64,000 nt of DNA from Eledone cirrhosa. Its lineage: Eukaryota. The stretch covers positions 48,360,001 through 48,424,000 of the forward strand of contig OZ024748.1 of the NCBI GenBank assembly GCA_964016885.1. The letters are read 5' to 3'. Below are positions 54,088 to 64,000 of the stretch, piece after piece. A program made the position numbers and the translations under genes. The notes beneath the pieces are model-generated. The model saw only the letters and a list, made by a program, of their open reading frames with translations. It did not search any database and was not told where the DNA came from. Every line of letters starts with the position of its first letter. The first letter of the stretch is position 1.

Positions 54088-54440
54088 TCAAAATTATCAT
54101 ACCATCAGCCTCATCAGCCACCCAAGCAAAGTCATGCTGAATATCTTCCTAACCAACTGAAGCCACAAACAGAAAAGATCATCGCTGAAGAGCAAGTAGG
54201 CTTCCAACCAGGGAGAAGCACATCAGAGCAGATCTTCAACCTTAGAATAATATACGAAAGGTAACTCCAACATCATCAGGACCTCTACCATGTCTTTGTG
54301 GACTTCAAGGTGTTCGACAGGGTTTTGCATGCAGCACTGTGGGCCACAATGAAGCTGTACAATATAAATGGAAACTTGATCAGAGTGATATAAAGCCACC
54401 AGCGCAGTCTACTTAAACAGCAGTGTTGGGGACTGGTTTG
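54088..54440 (+). mobile_element. RTE-clade LINE RT fragment
   Basis: NYHTISLISHPSKVMLNI..LKPQTEKIIAEEQVGFQPGRSTSEQIFNLRII...VFVDFK..FDRV. Confidence 0.85.
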
Positions 54441-56244
54441 TTCTCTCCATTTTGTCATTTAAATGTGCTTTCTAACCAGTAACTTGATCATCTTGATAAA
54501 AGGAAGGAAACATTGGATAATGTAGTCACTATGATATACTGTGTGTATCTGTAATAACACCGATATACTATTTCTAACTAGAACACATTTCATTATACAT
54601 CTAAGGTGATGGATTGGCAGTAGAATCGGCAGAGCGTTGATCATGTTTTGGGGCATATAATATACGTCCCTTTACTTTCTGAGTTTAGATTCCATCAAGG
54701 TTAGCTTTGCCTTTCATCCTTATGAGGTTGATAAAATGAACTACCAGTAATGCACTGGGGTTGATTTAATCGACTTTCCCCTCCCCCAGAATTCTTGACT
54801 TTGTACCTAAATCAAAAACCATTATATGTCTGCTGCTGCATCTAAACAACAACAGCATCAATAATAATTGCTGTCTTTAAGTCTGATTTAAAAGGGTGAA
54901 TTAACTCGTCAGAGTCAGTGGCCACCCACTCCAACTATGGGTTAAATAGCTTCACCAACCTGCAATTGATTAAGTGTAGTGAGTAGGGCTACACCCCTGA
55001 CATGACCAAAACCAAACAGAAAGCAGTGAAGGTCAACCAGGGAGGTGTTCCTCTAACGGGAGTGAGAAGACCCTGGATTGGATTAGACATTTCAATCTAT
55101 ATACCATAATGTCATCATTATCATTATTGATTTTATATCTCTGTTTCCATGCTGGCAAGGGTTAGACGGGATACTTCGAGGCAATGTTTTACAGCTGAAT
55201 GCCCTTCCTGGTGCCAACCCATTTAGTCACCTCTTATGACACAGGGATACGTTGTATCTATTCAAAAAACAGTGATGCATACATTTCTAAAAGGAGGGAT
55301 ACATATTGTTGGAGGCCTGTGATTTATATCCCATTGACAGCTCTATGTTGCATCAATAGTGAGAGCACTTAGCTGTCAACAGCTCAGTCCCCCAAGCTCT
55401 AAGTAGATACCACAAGATGCTATTAGTCATACTATAAAATCAGTAGCATCATCAGTGTAAAACTGATGAAGTGTTTTGTATATATTTCAAAGTGCAATTC
55501 TTACCAAGGGAAACGTTAGCTGTGATGGACTAGCAGCCTGTCCAGGAGAAGATTTACCTCTCATCAACATAACACTTTGATGTTAAGTTGATGAGGAAAA
55601 TGGTAACATAATAAGTTAGGTCTGGGGTCCCTATCATTAACACATGCAAAGGTAAATTTAACCTCGACAAGATTTGTTCTCAGAGCGTAAAGGGGCGTAA
55701 CTCCACGTCAAAAAGCATATTGTTTGAGGTTCTACCGATTCTGCCATTCCACCAATAATAATAATTGCCAATAATAATAATTGTTTCTACTTATGGCACA
55801 AGGCCAGCAATTATCCCAGTGCATCACTGGTACTTCATTTTATCGACCCTGTAAGGATGAAAGGCAAAGTTAACCTTGGCGGGAATTGAACTCAGACCGT
55901 AAAGGGACGTAACTTTATGCTGCAAAGCATGACATCCGACCCTCTACTGATACTGTCAATCCTCCAATAATAATTGTTTCTACTTTTGCTAGAAGGCCAG
56001 CAATTATCCCAGTGCATTACTGGTACGTTATTTTATCAACCCCAATAATTATAATGCAATGATAATAATGTAAGATTGGTGTCATACAAAAATCAACCTT
56101 GCTAGGCATTGCACACATTTTAAGGGAAATATTATCTTTCTGAGGTCCTTGTTGTGACTTGTCAGAGGACTAAATACTCCACTGCATTTCTGGTGCATGG
56201 TAAAAGGAATAGTAATAATAATAATTGTGTCTACTTTAGGCACA

Positions 56245-56402
56245 AGGCTGTGAGAGTTCCAGAGTTTTTCTCTGACACAGGACTCCCATCAGTTTGGTGA
56301 TGCTACTTATAGGACTGACTGGATGATAGTTGACAGGTGACGTGCAATCACCCCTTTTGAACAGAGGAATGACACTGGCAGATTTCTGTGGAACTCTCAC
56401 AG
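56245..56402 (-). mobile_element. Short inverted copy of the CR1 segment 58478-58620
   Basis: Reverse complement near-identical to 58478-58620 (one difference seen by eye). Confidence 0.85.
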
Positions 56403-56596
56403 TAATAATAATAATTGTTTCTACTTTAGGCACAAGGCCAGCAATTACCCAGTGCATTACTGGTACTTTATTTTATCGACCCCGTAAGGATGAAAGGCAA
56501 AGTCAACCTCGGCGGGATTTGAACTCAGATCGTAAAGGGACGTAACTATGTTGGAAAGCATGGCGTCCGACCCTCTACCGATACTGCCAATTCACC
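56403..56596 (-). mobile_element. SINE family A, minus-strand copy
   Basis: Reverse complement of the family A consensus. Confidence 0.85.
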
Positions 56597-56880
56597 AATA
56601 GTAATAACAATAATAACCTCGATTTTTTTATCATTTTCTTTCATTTGAAATATAATTCAGTGATATAGATTTTGATTCAAAATTGCAATGTTTAATAATA
56701 TTCAATTAATTTTCCTTTATATGGCACATAAAAAAGGAACTGATTTCCAGATATATACAATTTGCTACAAATATAATAGAGTTGCTTAATCAAATTAAAA
56801 CAATAATAAAATACATATATATTAAGATTTTCTTTTGTGTAGTTTTTATATATGTGTGTTTGGGTGGGTGTGTGTTTTGA

Positions 56881-57182
56881 TCATTTTACGTCCGCTTTTC
56901 CCTGCTTGCAAGGGTGGGACGGGAACTGATTCTGGCTTGATTTCTACAGCTGGATGCCCTTCCTAACACCAACCTCATTTACAGTGAGTGCTGGGTGCTT
57001 TTTTGCAGTGGAATGATAGGGACCCCAGTCCCTATCATCTCATTTCTACAGCTGAGTAAACTGGAGCAATGTGAAATAAAGTGTCTTGCTCAAAGAAACA
57101 ACACATCACCCGGTCTGAGAATTGAACTCACAACCTTTCGATTGCAAGGCCAATGCTCTAACCACTAAGCCATGTGCCTCCA
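56881..57182 (-). mobile_element. SINE family B copy (internal deletion)
   Basis: Same head and tail as 62690-63032. Confidence 0.85.
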
Positions 57183-57241
57183 TGTGTGTATATATATAAT
57201 ATATATAGTCACTTAATTTTTTTTTATATAATACAAGAAAT

Positions 57242-58010
57242 ACTTCTTCGTTGCTCATTTATTCCTGAGAGGGTCGTGGGGCAGAGTTCTCAAACACTTC
57301 TTTCAGCGGGTCCTGTCAAAAGCAACCGTCTCCAATTGATCTAACTGAATCCCAAAGTGAGACCAGCCAAGTTCATGGATGTTATCGAACCATCTTGCTC
57401 AAGGTCAACCCCCTTGGGTCTCTTGCTGGTTGGTTTTGCCTGTAAAATCTGTCCAACAATTCTTTCCCCTAGAAATTCTAACCACATACCCATTGTATTG
57501 GAGCTGTGATCTCTCAATTCAGAGAAGTAGTGGCTCTACCTGGAGTAACTCTCTCATCTCCGAGCTATGCACTTTACTGAGTAATGTTACTCCAAAGACC
57601 CTTCGGAGGAATCCCATTTCAGCCGTTTGTATTCGTGATTGTATTCTTTCGGTCATTACTAAGGATTCATGGCAATAGATATGGGTTGGCTCGAATACTG
57701 AATTGAAGATAGAGAGTATAGCTTTTATGCTTAACTCCCTTATTCTGATTTCCGAATGCTGAAGCTGGCAAACTACTGCACCAGCTCCTACAATTCTTGC
57801 ACTTAACTCAGCCTCATGCATTCTATCACTTGAACATGGCCCCAAGATACTTGAACTTCTCCACCTGCTTCAGTGAAACTCCATTCACATGCAGAGTGCA
57901 CAGCACAGACTTCCTTGAGAGGATGAGTGTCTCAGTTTTTTCAGCACTGATTTTCATTCCAGCCAAGCAGCACTCGACATCAAACCTATGAAAGTGCAAG
58001 TTGGCGATCA
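57242..58010 (-). mobile_element. RTE-clade LINE 3' portion
   Basis: GMKISAEKTETLIL...LKQVEKFKYLGAMF...IQTAEMGFLRRVFGVT; GAA tail at 57242. Confidence 0.88.
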
Positions 58011-58024
58011 CCTTCTGTTGAGTT

Positions 58025-58259
58025 AAGGCACCTAAGCAATGGCAATCGGGAGTGATAATCCCAGTTTTCAAAAAGGGAGACAAGAGAGACTGTTCCAATT
58101 ACAAAGGGATCTCTTTGTTAAGCCTCCCCAGTAAAGTCTAAGCTAATTGTCTGACAAAGAAATGCAGGGAGATTATCAAGTCCAAGCTAGCTGATAAACA
58201 ATGTGGTTTTCGCAGGGCCAACCAAACGTACAATGTGGTTTTCGCAGGGCCAACCAAAA
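58025..58259 (+). mobile_element. RTE-clade RT 5' fragment in the opposite orientation
   Basis: PKQWQSGVIIPVFKKGDKRDCSNYKGISLLSLPSKV...DKQCGFR. Confidence 0.8.
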
Positions 58260-59990
58260 CATACCATCTCCACCTCCTCTGACAGTAAATTCTATAGCAA
58301 CTATGAAATTTACACCTGAATTGTTGCAACACCACCTTAAGAATAAGCGCAACTATGCCTCTCCTGGTCTTGATGGTGTTACGTACCTTCTTCTCAAACT
58401 GGGAGGGTACTTTCTTCTGCACCAGCTTTCACTCTTATTTCAATTCTGTCTTAACAACAGTGTTATTCCAGAGCAGTAGAAATCTACCAGTGTCATTCCT
58501 CTGTTCAAAAGGGGTGATTGCACGTCACCTGTCAACTATCATCCAGTCAGTCCTATAAGTAGCATCACCAAACTGATGGGAGTCCTGTGTCAGAGAAAAA
58601 CTCTGGAACTCTCACAGCCTTATCAAGCCCTTGCAATTTAGATTAATCCCTAACTCCAGCTGCTGTGATCAATTTATTGAGTTTCTTGAAGATATTACCC
58701 TAATTACTGATAACAGTTCATGTGTGGATGTTATTTATTTTGAATTTGCTAAGGATTTTAATTCTATGCTACACAAAAGACTCGTGGCAAAACTCTCTGC
58801 AATGGGTATGAGAGATGATCTCTATAACTGGTTGAAGTCCTTCATTCTCAGTCGAAAAGAGGTAGTCATGGTTCTAGGACAGCATTCTTCACCCTATGAG
58901 ATGACATCTGGTGTACAACGGGGATCTGTTTTTGGCCCCCTTTTGTTTGTGGCATATATAAATGACATAGATGCCAACTTAAGCAGATGACATCAAGCTG
59001 TACCTTGAGATAAAAAGGACAGATCTTATATGCTATAGATCTTTCCTGCAATCAGACCTAGACACAATGCAGCAATGGATTATGAACTGGCAACTCAAGC
59101 TGGCTGTGGGCAAGTGTACCACCATGCATTTTGGGCGGAAAAACCCAGTAATTACATACACCCTCCACAACACCAATCTCAAAAAGTGTTCTTATGAATG
59201 TGACCTGGGCATTATTGTCAACAGTGATTTGCATTGGACAAAGCACATCTCTAAAATTGTCAAGAAGGCCGAGGGTGTCTTAGCATCACTCAGTAAGGCC
59301 TTTGTCAGCCACTCTCCAGCTATCTATTTAAAGCTGTATATAGCTATGGTGTGTCCACACTTAGAATTTGCATCACCAGTCTGGAACCCCTATCTTGCTC
59401 AGAACATTGACCGCCTGGAAACTGTTCAGAGACGTGCAACCAAGCGAATACCCTCCATCAGGCATCTACCATACTCTGAATGCCTTGTTTCTCTGCACAT
59501 GGAACCTCTTTCTTGCTTAGAGAACCTCTTTCTTGCTTAGAGTATAGATCTCCTGGAAACTGTTCAGGGACGTGCAACCAAATGAATAACCTCCATCAGG
59601 CATCTACCATACTCTGAATGCCTTGTTTCTCTGCACATGGATACATTGAAGCTCCAACGTCTGGCAACTGACTTGGTAGACACCCATAACATTATTAACC
59701 ATCTTTCCAACAACAACCCTGAGTACCTTTTTGAATTCCATATGTCTAACACCTGTGGACATGCTTAAAAAAACAGAAAACAGTACAGCTCCCATGACTT
59801 CTGGAAACATTTTTGCACACTCAGAGTTGCTGAAGAATGGAACAAACTACCTGCATCAGTTATTAGCTGTCAGGACATTGCATGCTTCCTAAAATTTGCC
59901 AACACTATACCTGATATGTACTATACATGCACCCTTGATGAGTTGACATGCACCTGAGTACTGTATACAATAATTTTCATTATTATTTTT
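58260..59990 (+). mobile_element. CR1/Jockey-group LINE remnant (RT and 3' end)
   Basis: SPGLDG, IPLFKRG...NYHPVS, VDVIYFEFAKDFNS, TSGVQRGSVFGPLLFVAYIND, HLEFASPVWNPY...LETVQRRATK. Local duplication around 59410-59640; ends in (ATT)n. Confidence 0.9.
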
Positions 59991-60099
59991 AACACATTCC
60001 CCATAAGAGTAACATATGCTAGCTAAAGCTGCCGCATTTCAATGAGAAGTCAACAGCTGCCACCAGTCAAGCCATCCATAAGAGGGGACTAAATATATG

Positions 60100-60716
60100 A
60101 CTAGCACACTCAGGACCCTCATTTAGGAGACTGGTCCACCAATCCACATGCAGTGATATGTGTACACTTCCTAATTGTCCCATCTACAGCACAGAAGTGT
60201 GCATGAGAGCATATGTTGTCTTTAAGAACATGTGCAAAAAATGCAGCTCCTCATATATAAAAGTACCATAAGGAGGCTACACATACGGATAAAGGAACAC
60301 ATGACAATGAGAGCCTCTTCCATTAAAAACATCTTGACAGATGCCACAACCAAGACATTGAGGCCACTGTAGAGATGACTGAAAGAAATATGGGAAATTT
60401 AAGGATTAAGGAAGTCATTTTCATCAGAAGAATAAAACCAGAGATAAATAATAGGTCAGAAATGCATGAGGCAGAATGTTTACTATAGCGACCCTATGCA
60501 TGTGTTTTGCACACACATAGACCAGTTAGGGAAGAAAACTCTAATCACTCATTTGGTTTCAGCTCCACATCTGAAGAGAGGGTATTAACCCTGAAATATC
60601 ATGTTATAATACACTGGGTAAAACATTACTTTCTTTTGTTTTGTTTGTCATCATTTTCCACTTTATTTTTCTACCGCATTGTACCAGCTCTTCAAAACAT
60701 TTATCGGTCTTTTACT
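60100..60716 (+). mobile_element. Penelope-like element 3' remnant: GIY-YIG endonuclease fragment, terminal region and (TA)n junction
   Basis: Frameshifted VVFKNMCKKCSSSYI..STIRRLHIRIKEH...LRIKEVIFIRRIKPEINNRSE, with a stop at 60486-60488, matches the PLE GIY-YIG C-terminal pattern. A hammerhead-like motif follows, and the element ends in (TA)n. Confidence 0.75.
60567..60604 (+). ncRNA. Minimal hammerhead-like motif
   Basis: ACAT-CTGAAGA-G-AGGGT atta ACCCT-GAAA-TA-TC-ATGT: 4-bp stem I, 5-bp stem II and palindromic ATAT stem III. Appears to lack the C opposite G10.1. Confidence 0.55.
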
Positions 60717-60778
60717 ATATATATATATACATATATACATGTACACATATATATATATATATATATATACATACATGT

Positions 60779-60813
<35 letters not shown>

Positions 60814-60819
60814 CATACA

Positions 60820-60857
<38 letters not shown>

Positions 60858-61088
60858 CATACATGTACATATATATATATATATATACATACATACATGT
60901 ACATATATATATATATATATACATACATACATGTACATATATATATATATATATATATATACATAGATACATGTACATATATATATATTCATATATACAT
61001 ATACACATATATACATTCATATATACATATACACATATATACATATACATATACACATATATACATATACATATATATATACACGCAC

Positions 61089-61118
<30 letters not shown>

Positions 61119-61123
<5 letters not shown>

Positions 61124-61237
61124 AACGAGTAGGACCCCGACGGCTGAGCTCAAGCCGTTTCGACGGCTAATTCTGGAGTCCAGAATTAGCCGTCAAAACG
61201 GCTTGAGCTCAGCCGTCGGGGTCCTACTCGTTCCTAT
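61119..61237. repeat. 119-bp palindrome (59-bp arms, 1-nt loop) plus tail to ~61314, between (TA)n runs
   Basis: Centre tctgga-g-tccaga at 61178. One mismatch (tcgaaa vs tcaaaa). Contains GAAA-CGGCT tgagctc AGCCG-TC. Confidence 0.9.
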
Positions 61238-61318
61238 TACCCACTCTACTACCCTAAGTATTGAGTACTTTGGTGCGTTATGGTCCACCTGGTTCCTTAC
61301 CACATTTCCTTTGTTATA

Positions 61319-61352
<34 letters not shown>

Positions 61353-61413
61353 CACATATATACATATATATACGCACACAGATATATGTATATGTATGTG
61401 TGTGTGTATATAG

Positions 61414-61444
<31 letters not shown>

Positions 61445-62183
61445 TCATAATCATCATCATCATTTTACGTCCACTTTTCCCTGCTTGCAAGGGTGGGACG
61501 GGAACTGATTCTGGCTTGATTTCTACAGCTGGATGCCCTTCCTAACACCAACCTCATTTAAAGTGAGCGCTCGGTGCTTTTTTGCCGTGGCACCTCCACG
61601 ACCACTTTACAGTGGAATGATATGGACCCCAGTCCCTATCATCTCATTTCTACAGCTGAGTAAACTGGAGCAATGTGAAATAAAGTGTCTTGCCCAAGGA
61701 AACAACACATCACCCGGTCTGAGAATTGAACTCACAACCTTTCGATTGCAAGGCCAATGCTCTAACCACTAAGCCATGTGTGTGTATATATATATATGCA
61801 CATACATATGGCGTCACGCAGTAATACAGGGTACCCGACCTCCCATGGGTACATGCTGAAGCATATAAACAATATGCCCCCCCCCCCCCACCGCAAGGTG
61901 GTCGTGGAGGTGCCACGGCAAAAAAGCACCCAGCCCACACTGTAAAGTGGACGTGTAGGCGCCACGAAAAAGCACCCAGCACTCACTGTAAATGAGGTTG
62001 GTGTTAGGAAGGGCATCCAGCTGTAGAAATCAAGCCAGATCAGTTCCTGTATGAGCAAGGCATGGTCAGCCGACCAGACACTGCCCACAACAGGACAACC
62101 CGTCTAACCCATGCTAGCGTGGAAGAACGGACGTAAAACGGTGATGATGATGATGATGATGATATATATATATATATACATGC

Positions 62184-62246
<63 letters not shown>

Positions 62247-62689
62247 ACAACAATACAAAAATGACTCACTTTAATTCATTGCCTATCATTTTGTCCACAT
62301 GAAAAACACTGACAGATGCAACAAAAAAACTCATTGAAAAGTTTGAAACGATAAAATTTTACAAAATATTGTTGTGATTGAAATACTTAATAAATTAATA
62401 AATAACTTTAAAAAAACATTATTATAAAGATAGACAATTATCATTTGAATCTTGTGTCTAGCATATTTACTGGTACTTTATTTTAGAGACCCCATTTCAT
62501 CCTTGGGTTGCTAAAATAATGTACCAGTAATATACTGGAGTCTATATAATCAACTTTTTCCTTCCCACCAAATTTCTGTTCATGTTAGAAACCATTATTA
62601 TCCTTCATGTTAGCCCTTGTGGCCAATATAGAAACCATTATTTTATTATTATCATAAATAAAGTAAATGATAAAATAAAGTACCAGTAA

Positions 62690-63032
62690 TCATCATCATC
62701 ATCATCATTTTACGTCTGCTTTTTCCCTGCTTGCAAGGGTGGGACGGGAACTGATTCTGGCTTGATTTCTACAGCTGGATGCCCTTCCTAACACCAACCT
62801 CATTTACAGTGAGTGCTGGGTGCTTTTTTTGCCGTGGCACCTCCACGACTACTTTGCAGTGGAATGATAGGGACCCCAGTCCCTCTCATCTCATTTCTAC
62901 AGCTGAGTAAACTGGAGCAATGTGAAATAAAGTGTCTTGCTCAAGGAAACAACACATCACCCGGTCTGAGAATTGAACTCACAACCTTTCGATTGCAAGG
63001 CCAATGCTCTAACCATTAAGCCATGTGCCTCC
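62690..63032 (-). mobile_element. tRNA-derived SINE family B (representative copy)
   Basis: tRNA-like head ggaggcacatggcttaatggttagagcattggccttgcaatcgaaaggttgtgagttcaattc, a CORE/V-like ccttgagcaagacactttatttcac domain and a (TGA)n tail. Further copies at ~23263-23535, 24333-24610, 56881-57182 and 61445-61778; related fragments at 12325-12615, 16965-17085, 22375-22650 and 61895-62160(+). Confidence 0.85.
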
Positions 63033-64000
63033 ATAGACATGCACTGGGTAATTGCTGGCCTTGTGCCTAAAGTAGAAACAATTATTTTATTATTATCATT
63101 ATTATTATCAATCCCACCGAGGTTAGCTTTGTCTTTCATCCTTACGGGGTTGATAAAATAAAGTACCAGTAATACACTGGGATAATTGTTGGCCTTGTGC
63201 CTAAAATAGAAACAATTATTATTATCATCGTTATTGTTATTATTGATGGTTTGCATGCCGAGGTCAGCTTTGACTTCCATCCTTACCAGGTCAATAAAAT
63301 AAAGTACCAGTAATGCACTAGGATCAATCTAATTAACTTTCCCTCCCCCAAGACTGTTGGACATGCCTAAATCAAAAACCATCGGTAGAGGGTCGGATGC
63401 CATGCTTTGACGCATAGAGTTACGGCCCTTGCCATTCTGAGTTCAAATCCCGCCGAGGTTAACTTTGCCTTTCATCCTTACGGGGTCGATAAAATAAAGT
63501 ACCAGTAATGCACTGGTAATTGCTGGCCTTGTGCCAAAAGTAGAAACAATTATTACTATTATTGCTGGCCTTGTGCCAAAAGTAGAAACAATTATCATAT
63601 TTATTGACTGGTTTCAGTCATCTGACTGTGGCCATGCTGGGGCACCAACATCGATAGTTAATCATATTGACCACCAGTATTTATAAATCTGGTTCTTTAT
63701 TGATCTCTTTTTATCCAACAGCTAAGTCGGAGGCATAAAAAAAAAAAAAAAAAAATTAAAAAAATAAAATCGGTAGATACACACTCTCTTTCTCCCATAC
63801 ACACACACACACTCTCTCTCTCTCTCAATTCCTTACATACACACACACTCACATTCTCACACACACAGTCTCACATACACACACACATATATATATATAT
63901 ATATTATACGCTTTCAAAGAGCAATAATCCTCAATAGTTTTGTTGTTCCTTGGTACAGCCAAGACAATGTTATCTTATGAAGAGAGGAGGAGGGGGAGAC

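Noticed and set aside
62250-62290. Possible small minus-strand exon (cag|...|gtgagt; VFHVDKMIGNELK) as AARSD1 exon 1
   Set aside because: No resemblance to the expected MxxxCQxxSY start, and the open frame is not phase-compatible with the phase-0 exon at 41972. Cannot be assigned without RNA-seq.
62960-63032. tRNA gene-like sequence (also at ~57110-57182 and 61710-61778)
   Set aside because: These are SINE family B heads. The acceptor stem is not closed and the sequence continues into SINE body.

Overview
Repeat-dominated, AT-rich eukaryotic DNA. The microsatellite load, SINE families and very large introns suggest a mollusc, probably a coleoid cephalopod such as octopus (inference). The only host gene I recognise is AARSD1 (AlaX-type alanyl-tRNA editing protein) on the minus strand: a 129-nt exon at 41844-41972 and an 18-nt microexon (PDDRGM) at 13470-13487, separated by a ~28.4-kb intron. 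The rest is repeat. It includes a complete but pseudogenised 7.36-kb Helitron (4415-11772) inserted at an A|T inside a 56-bp satellite, a small non-autonomous Helitron, and RTE, R4-type, CR1 and L1/Tx1 LINE remnants. There are also two tRNA-derived SINE families, TTAA (piggyBac-like) MITEs and several large minisatellites, the longest 5.5 kb. The most unusual signal is a recurring cassette, (TA)n-[long inverted repeat carrying hammerhead-ribozyme motifs]-[short tail with GAGTRCT]-(TA)n. It occurs five times with otherwise dissimilar sequences, and a Penelope-like GIY-YIG remnant with its own minimal hammerhead lies nearby. All long repetitive ORFs in the ORF track are satellite artefacts.
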